A stretch of 64,000 nucleotides of DNA from Escherichia phage vB_EcoM_R5505: sequence record MK373786.1; one strand, written 5' to 3'. Under the pieces are notes generated by a model, which worked only from the letters and a program-made list of their open reading frames with translations, did no database searches and was not told where the DNA came from. A program made the position numbers and the translations under genes. Below, one piece after another: positions 60,735-64,000 of the stretch (its first letter is position 1; every line of letters begins with the position of its first letter).

Positions 60735-60950
60735 TTAATCGTCGCAGTAGACGCTCAATTCCCAAAACTCTTCTACGGTATAAGTTTCAGTATCATTTTC
60801 AATACAGAAACGTTCATTACTATTGTTTGCTAAAGTAGCATTAACTGTCATTTTTTCGCTAGTGCTCTTAAGAGGTGAAATGCGAATTAACTGATCACCA
60901 TTATCTAAACAAAAAATTTCACCAACTTTTACATCTTTAAAAATTTTCAT
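60735..60950 (-). CDS. Hypothetical protein (ndd.x)
   Basis: 71-aa ORF. Confidence 0.6.
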   Translation of the reverse strand: MKIFKDVKVGEIFCLDNGDQLIRISPLKSTSEKMTVNATLANNSNERFCIENDTETYTVEEFWELSVYCDD

Positions 60951-61065
60951 AATTCACCTCAAGGAGTATAAAATCCGAATGCAGTTGTTGACCATCCCAT
61001 CCAATATGGAAAATTTGCACCAATGTAAAACATAAGAATATAAAACCAAATGTTTAGTAAATTCA

Positions 61066-61284
61066 TTATTTTACACCATTCCAAATTGTTTCAACCACAG
61101 ATTTTAAACCATTTTGATGAATATCAATTCCGACTACTGTCATCAAATAGATTCCAACTACAACTGAACCCAAGGCAAAAATCAGCATGAAAATGAATAA
61201 AGCCGGAAAAATATTATCGAAAAACCATTCAATAAATGTAAAAGCACTGCGTTTACGCTTCATATTTTCCTCACATAAATCCAA
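61066..61284 (-). CDS. Small membrane protein (ndd.x)
   Basis: 72-aa ORF with hydrophobic core FPALFIFMLIFALGSVVVGIYLMTVV. Confidence 0.6.
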   Translation of the reverse strand: MDLCEENMKRKRSAFTFIEWFFDNIFPALFIFMLIFALGSVVVGIYLMTVVGIDIHQNGLKSVVETIWNGVK

Positions 61285-61384
61285 AGTAAACGTTTAATAC
61301 ATCAATCATTAAAACGATTGGGAATATACTCAAAACTATTAGTATTATAACTACATTCCATATAGCTTTAACAATCTTTTTCAT
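61271..61384 (-). CDS. Tiny membrane peptide (ndd.x)
   Basis: 37 aa from MKKIVKAIWNVVIILIVLSIF with GGAGG Shine-Dalgarno and early promoter upstream. Confidence 0.45.
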   Translation of the reverse strand: MKKIVKAIWNVVIILIVLSIFPIVLMIDVLNVYFGFM

Positions 61385-61394
61385 TTTCTGTTCC

Positions 61395-61450
61395 TCCGTA
61401 GTTGATAGGGTAATAGTACCACGGAAGAACAGTCTTGTAAACAACTTTTT
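61395..61450 (-). promoter_or_regulatory. Early promoter (GTTTACA-N17-TACTAT family)
   Basis: On the minus strand GTTTACAagactgttcttccgtggTACTAT. Confidence 0.6.
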
Positions 61451-61627
61451 TAAAAATATTCGTAATAAATGTGAATACCAACTACTACCGCTGAAACCTG
61501 TGCAACCCACCACGCACAAGCAATAAGTACAGAATTCAAAATTTTCATAATAACCTCATCACAAAAGTAAATGTTAAACAAATTAATGGAATACTAATTA
61601 ACCAAACAAAACACCACCATAATGAAC

Positions 61628-61891
61628 TCATAGTTCAATCTCAATGATTTCCAGGTGTTTTTGTTTTATTGCCTTTTTAACACAATCATGGACTAAATAT
61701 GACCATGAATCATTATATTCTCCATTAACTAATCGTTGGAGATCTTCACGTGATGATAAGTAAGGTTGATCTGATTCCCATTTTGATAAAAATACTGCAG
61801 TAAAAATATCTCCTTCACCTGTAGTTGAAGTCGTAAATGCAATAAATTCACCGGTAATTTTATGTTTAGCGTAATAAAATTTAAATTTCAT
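61628..61891 (-). CDS. Hypothetical protein (ndd.x)
   Basis: 87 aa from MKFKFYYAKHK with GGAGG Shine-Dalgarno; track start lies inside the promoter. Confidence 0.55.
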   Translation of the reverse strand: MKFKFYYAKHKITGEFIAFTTSTTGEGDIFTAVFLSKWESDQPYLSSREDLQRLVNGEYNDSWSYLVHDCVKKAIKQKHLEIIEIEL

Positions 61892-61904
61892 TTTTACTCC
61901 TCCG

Positions 61905-61975
61905 TAGCTGATAGTTGTATAGTACCACGGTCCTTGTGGTATGTAAACCATTTTGTGAAATTTTTTTTTTTAAAT
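61905..61975 (-). promoter_or_regulatory. Early promoter with A/T-rich upstream element (GTTTACA-N17-TACTAT family)
   Basis: On the minus strand GTTTACAtaccacaaggaccgtggTACTAT. Confidence 0.6.
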
Positions 61976-62527
61976 GGAAAGATACCATCCGTTGTAGTTG
62001 CTTTTTCTTACAACCTTACGAAGGTCTTCTCTGTCACCGATGAACTTCGGAGTGTACTGGATGACACCTGGATGAATTTCTTTAGTGTTGAATATAATTA
62101 TACAGTCAGCGACTTGATGATTTAGAATGGGCCCTAGATTTATTCCAGAACCGTATGGATACTCTCCGCTGCATCCTGTTGTTACAGAAATCCAACGTGA
62201 GTCAGTTTGGTGTGTCTTAACTTCTACACGAAGCCCGCAGTATCTTGGATGCGCCAATACATCCCATGCGTATGTATACGGGTCATTAACATCCTCTTGG
62301 CCTTTATTAACATACCCGCTTAACCAATCTGCTACAAAAAATTCTGCGTACACAGCGATACGACATCTTTCAATAACTTCTGCTTTATCCTGGTTCGGGT
62401 TTTGTTTTAAAGAGTATCTTGCTGTATCAGCAATTTTGACCTTCATTTCACTAGTCAAGTCACTGTTCGATAGGGTAAATGTCGGAATCTGAAATAGTCT
62501 CTGTAAACCCGGATTCGTTTTCTGCAT
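61970..62527 (-). CDS. denB: Endonuclease IV
   Basis: 185-aa ORF at the T4 denB position. Confidence 0.88.
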   Translation of the reverse strand: MQKTNPGLQRLFQIPTFTLSNSDLTSEMKVKIADTARYSLKQNPNQDKAEVIERCRIAVYAEFFVADWLSGYVNKGQEDVNDPYTYAWDVLAHPRYCGLRVEVKTHQTDSRWISVTTGCSGEYPYGSGINLGPILNHQVADCIIIFNTKEIHPGVIQYTPKFIGDREDLRKVVRKSNYNGWYLSI

Positions 62528-62789
62528 TTAGACTTTCCTTTTTACCACTGAGATAGGCGTTATATACTTTAAGAGTGCCATAATAAATTCGGTCATTTTC
62601 ATCTAAAGACTCGCGGTCAAGTTCATCGAGCTCCTTTTTATCCATGACTATAACATCATTACAGTAAAGAAACCCAAGTTTTTCGTGACCAAACTCAAAT
62701 TTATTACAGTACACAATATTAGCGTGATGATTTCCGTGCAGTTTAATCTCTTTTATGTCGGAATCACCGATATTCATACAATAAATCAT
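62460..62789 (-). CDS. Hypothetical protein (denB.1 position)
   Basis: 109-aa ORF. Confidence 0.65.
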   Translation of the reverse strand: MIYCMNIGDSDIKEIKLHGNHHANIVYCNKFEFGHEKLGFLYCNDVIVMDKKELDELDRESLDENDRIYYGTLKVYNAYLSGKKESLNAENESGFTETISDSDIYPIEQ

Positions 62790-62806
62790 AATTTTTCCTT
62801 AAAACA

Positions 62807-62824
62807 AAAGGGCCGAAGCCCTTT
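62807..62824. terminator. Hairpin aaagggc-cgaa-gcccttt
   Basis: Symmetric A/T-flanked GC stem-loop. Confidence 0.7.
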
Positions 62825-62827
62825 ATT

Positions 62828-63022
62828 TTACTTGAATTGTGCAATTCTTTTCTCTAGACATTCAGCATAAGATTTCATTGAGATGAACTGTGAAAGCAGC
62901 AGTTCTTGCTCAACTGCACTAACTGTTAGAAACTTTGCGCTTTCTAAAAATTTACTCAGTGCATTAATTTTGAGCATTAATTGATCGTATTCTTCTTTTA
63001 CTCGTGCTTGATAACCTAACAT
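62828..63022 (-). CDS. Hypothetical coiled-coil protein
   Basis: 64-aa ORF bracketed by two identical hairpins. Confidence 0.6.
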   Translation of the reverse strand: MLGYQARVKEEYDQLMLKINALSKFLESAKFLTVSAVEQELLLSQFISMKSYAECLEKRIAQFK

Positions 63023-63036
63023 AATTTTCCTTAGTT

Positions 63037-63052
63037 AAGGGCCGAAGCCCTT
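63037..63052. terminator. Hairpin aagggc-cgaa-gccctt downstream of rIIB
   Basis: Same hairpin core as at 62807. Confidence 0.7.
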
Positions 63053-63989
63053 ATTTAAATTGTTCAGTAACGTCTTCAACTACTTCGTATTGGCAGGTAC
63101 GCATTTTAGCATCGTTGTAATCAATCGGAATTGATACTACATCACGCGGATGTACTTTAACTTTTACGACTCGGCTGGTTGAACTGCCAAAGTGACGAAT
63201 ATAAGATTTAGAACACACATGCAGACCACGAGAACAAGTTTGTGTATCATCGTCATTCACACGAGTACGTGGCATTTTAACTACTTTACCCGGACTGTTA
63301 TCAAAGGTGTTTGAGTGACAGTCAAAGTAATTGTTGCGAACTACTTTCCAAGCATAGAAGTAACCATCTTCTGTAATTTCAATATCGTTTGCTACCAAGA
63401 AATCAAAGAGTCGAGATACCGCTTTTTGGCTTGGGTTTTCCAACAGATTTTCCAAGAACGGAAAATAAAATTCAAAGTTTTCGCCTTTTTCCATCGAGTC
63501 AAGAATACGATCAACCAAACCAGACCGCAATTCAATATTTTGATAGAACAAGCTTCCACCTTCAATTCGAACATCGCCGGAAATATATTTTTCAACAGCA
63601 CGACGAACATTAATTTTTTGTGCCGCTTCTTCCAGCTTATCTGCTACAAGCAGATTAAGAATTTCCTGGAAGTTTGAATGAGTATTAGGAGTTGCGTTAT
63701 AAGTTACACCGTCAACAGTAATTGAAATGAATTTTTTAGATGCATTCCAAATAATGTCAGATTTAGCAACTGGAGCAATAACTGCATCGCTATTAACTTT
63801 AACTGTAATATCACCACTAATAGTAACTTTAGGGCGTTTAGCTTCTTCAGCATTTTTCAAAACACGACGGATTGTGTCAACCGATACATCCTTCCAATAA
63901 GCTAATTCCTGCTGAGTGTAATTACCACTTGAATACAGTTTAACAATTTCAGCTTGTTCGTTTTTGGTCAGGCATTTAATATTGTACAT
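63051..63989 (-). CDS. rIIB: rIIB rapid-lysis / exclusion-escape protein
   Basis: 312-aa ORF at the window end, N-terminus MYNIKCLTKNEQAEIVKLYSSGNYTQQELA. Confidence 0.95.
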   Translation of the reverse strand: MYNIKCLTKNEQAEIVKLYSSGNYTQQELAYWKDVSVDTIRRVLKNAEEAKRPKVTISGDITVKVNSDAVIAPVAKSDIIWNASKKFISITVDGVTYNATPNTHSNFQEILNLLVADKLEEAAQKINVRRAVEKYISGDVRIEGGSLFYQNIELRSGLVDRILDSMEKGENFEFYFPFLENLLENPSQKAVSRLFDFLVANDIEITEDGYFYAWKVVRNNYFDCHSNTFDNSPGKVVKMPRTRVNDDDTQTCSRGLHVCSKSYIRHFGSSTSRVVKVKVHPRDVVSIPIDYNDAKMRTCQYEVVEDVTEQFK

Positions 63990-64000
63990 AATTTTCCTTA

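Overview
This 64 kb window reads as a contiguous segment of a T4-like (T-even, Tequatrovirus-type) myovirus genome, collinear with phage T4 from the 3' end of gene 22 through rIIB. All identifications are by reading the ORF translations, motifs and promoter/terminator sequence against my recollection of T4; no database search was run. Plus strand carries the late structural genes: 23, 24, uvsW, the baseplate genes 51-27-28-29-48-54, the long tail fibre genes 34-35-36-37-38 and holin t. Minus strand carries rnlB, hoc, inh, uvsY, 25, 26, two tandem Alt-like ADP-ribosyltransferases, DNA ligase 30, rIII, 31, cd, pseT, a spanin pair, alc, rnlA, denA, nrdB, nrdA, td, frd, 32, 59, 33, dsbA, rnh, asiA, arn, motA, 52, ac, stp, ndd, denB and rIIB, interspersed with many small ORFs of unknown function. 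Several small genes missing from the ORF track were found by hand (stp, asiA.1, motA.1, an ac-like paralog, a CxxC mini-ORF and tiny membrane peptides). Regulatory signal is dense: late promoters (TATAAATA), a MotA-box middle promoter upstream of uvsY, a family of near-identical early promoters (GTTTAC-N17/18-TAnnAT with A/T-rich upstream element), and many GC-rich tetraloop terminator hairpins. Compared with T4 as I remember it, td and nrdB are uninterrupted (no group I introns), no seg homing endonuclease genes sit at the inh/uvsW or 32/59 junctions, an extra ORF lies between frd and td, and gp37 is longer through extra tip repeats. I did not find a clearly novel multi-gene system; the best candidates for follow-up are the tandem Alt paralogs with the adjacent HAD-phosphatase/NADAR-like pair, the frd-td insert ORF and the expanded gp37 tip.
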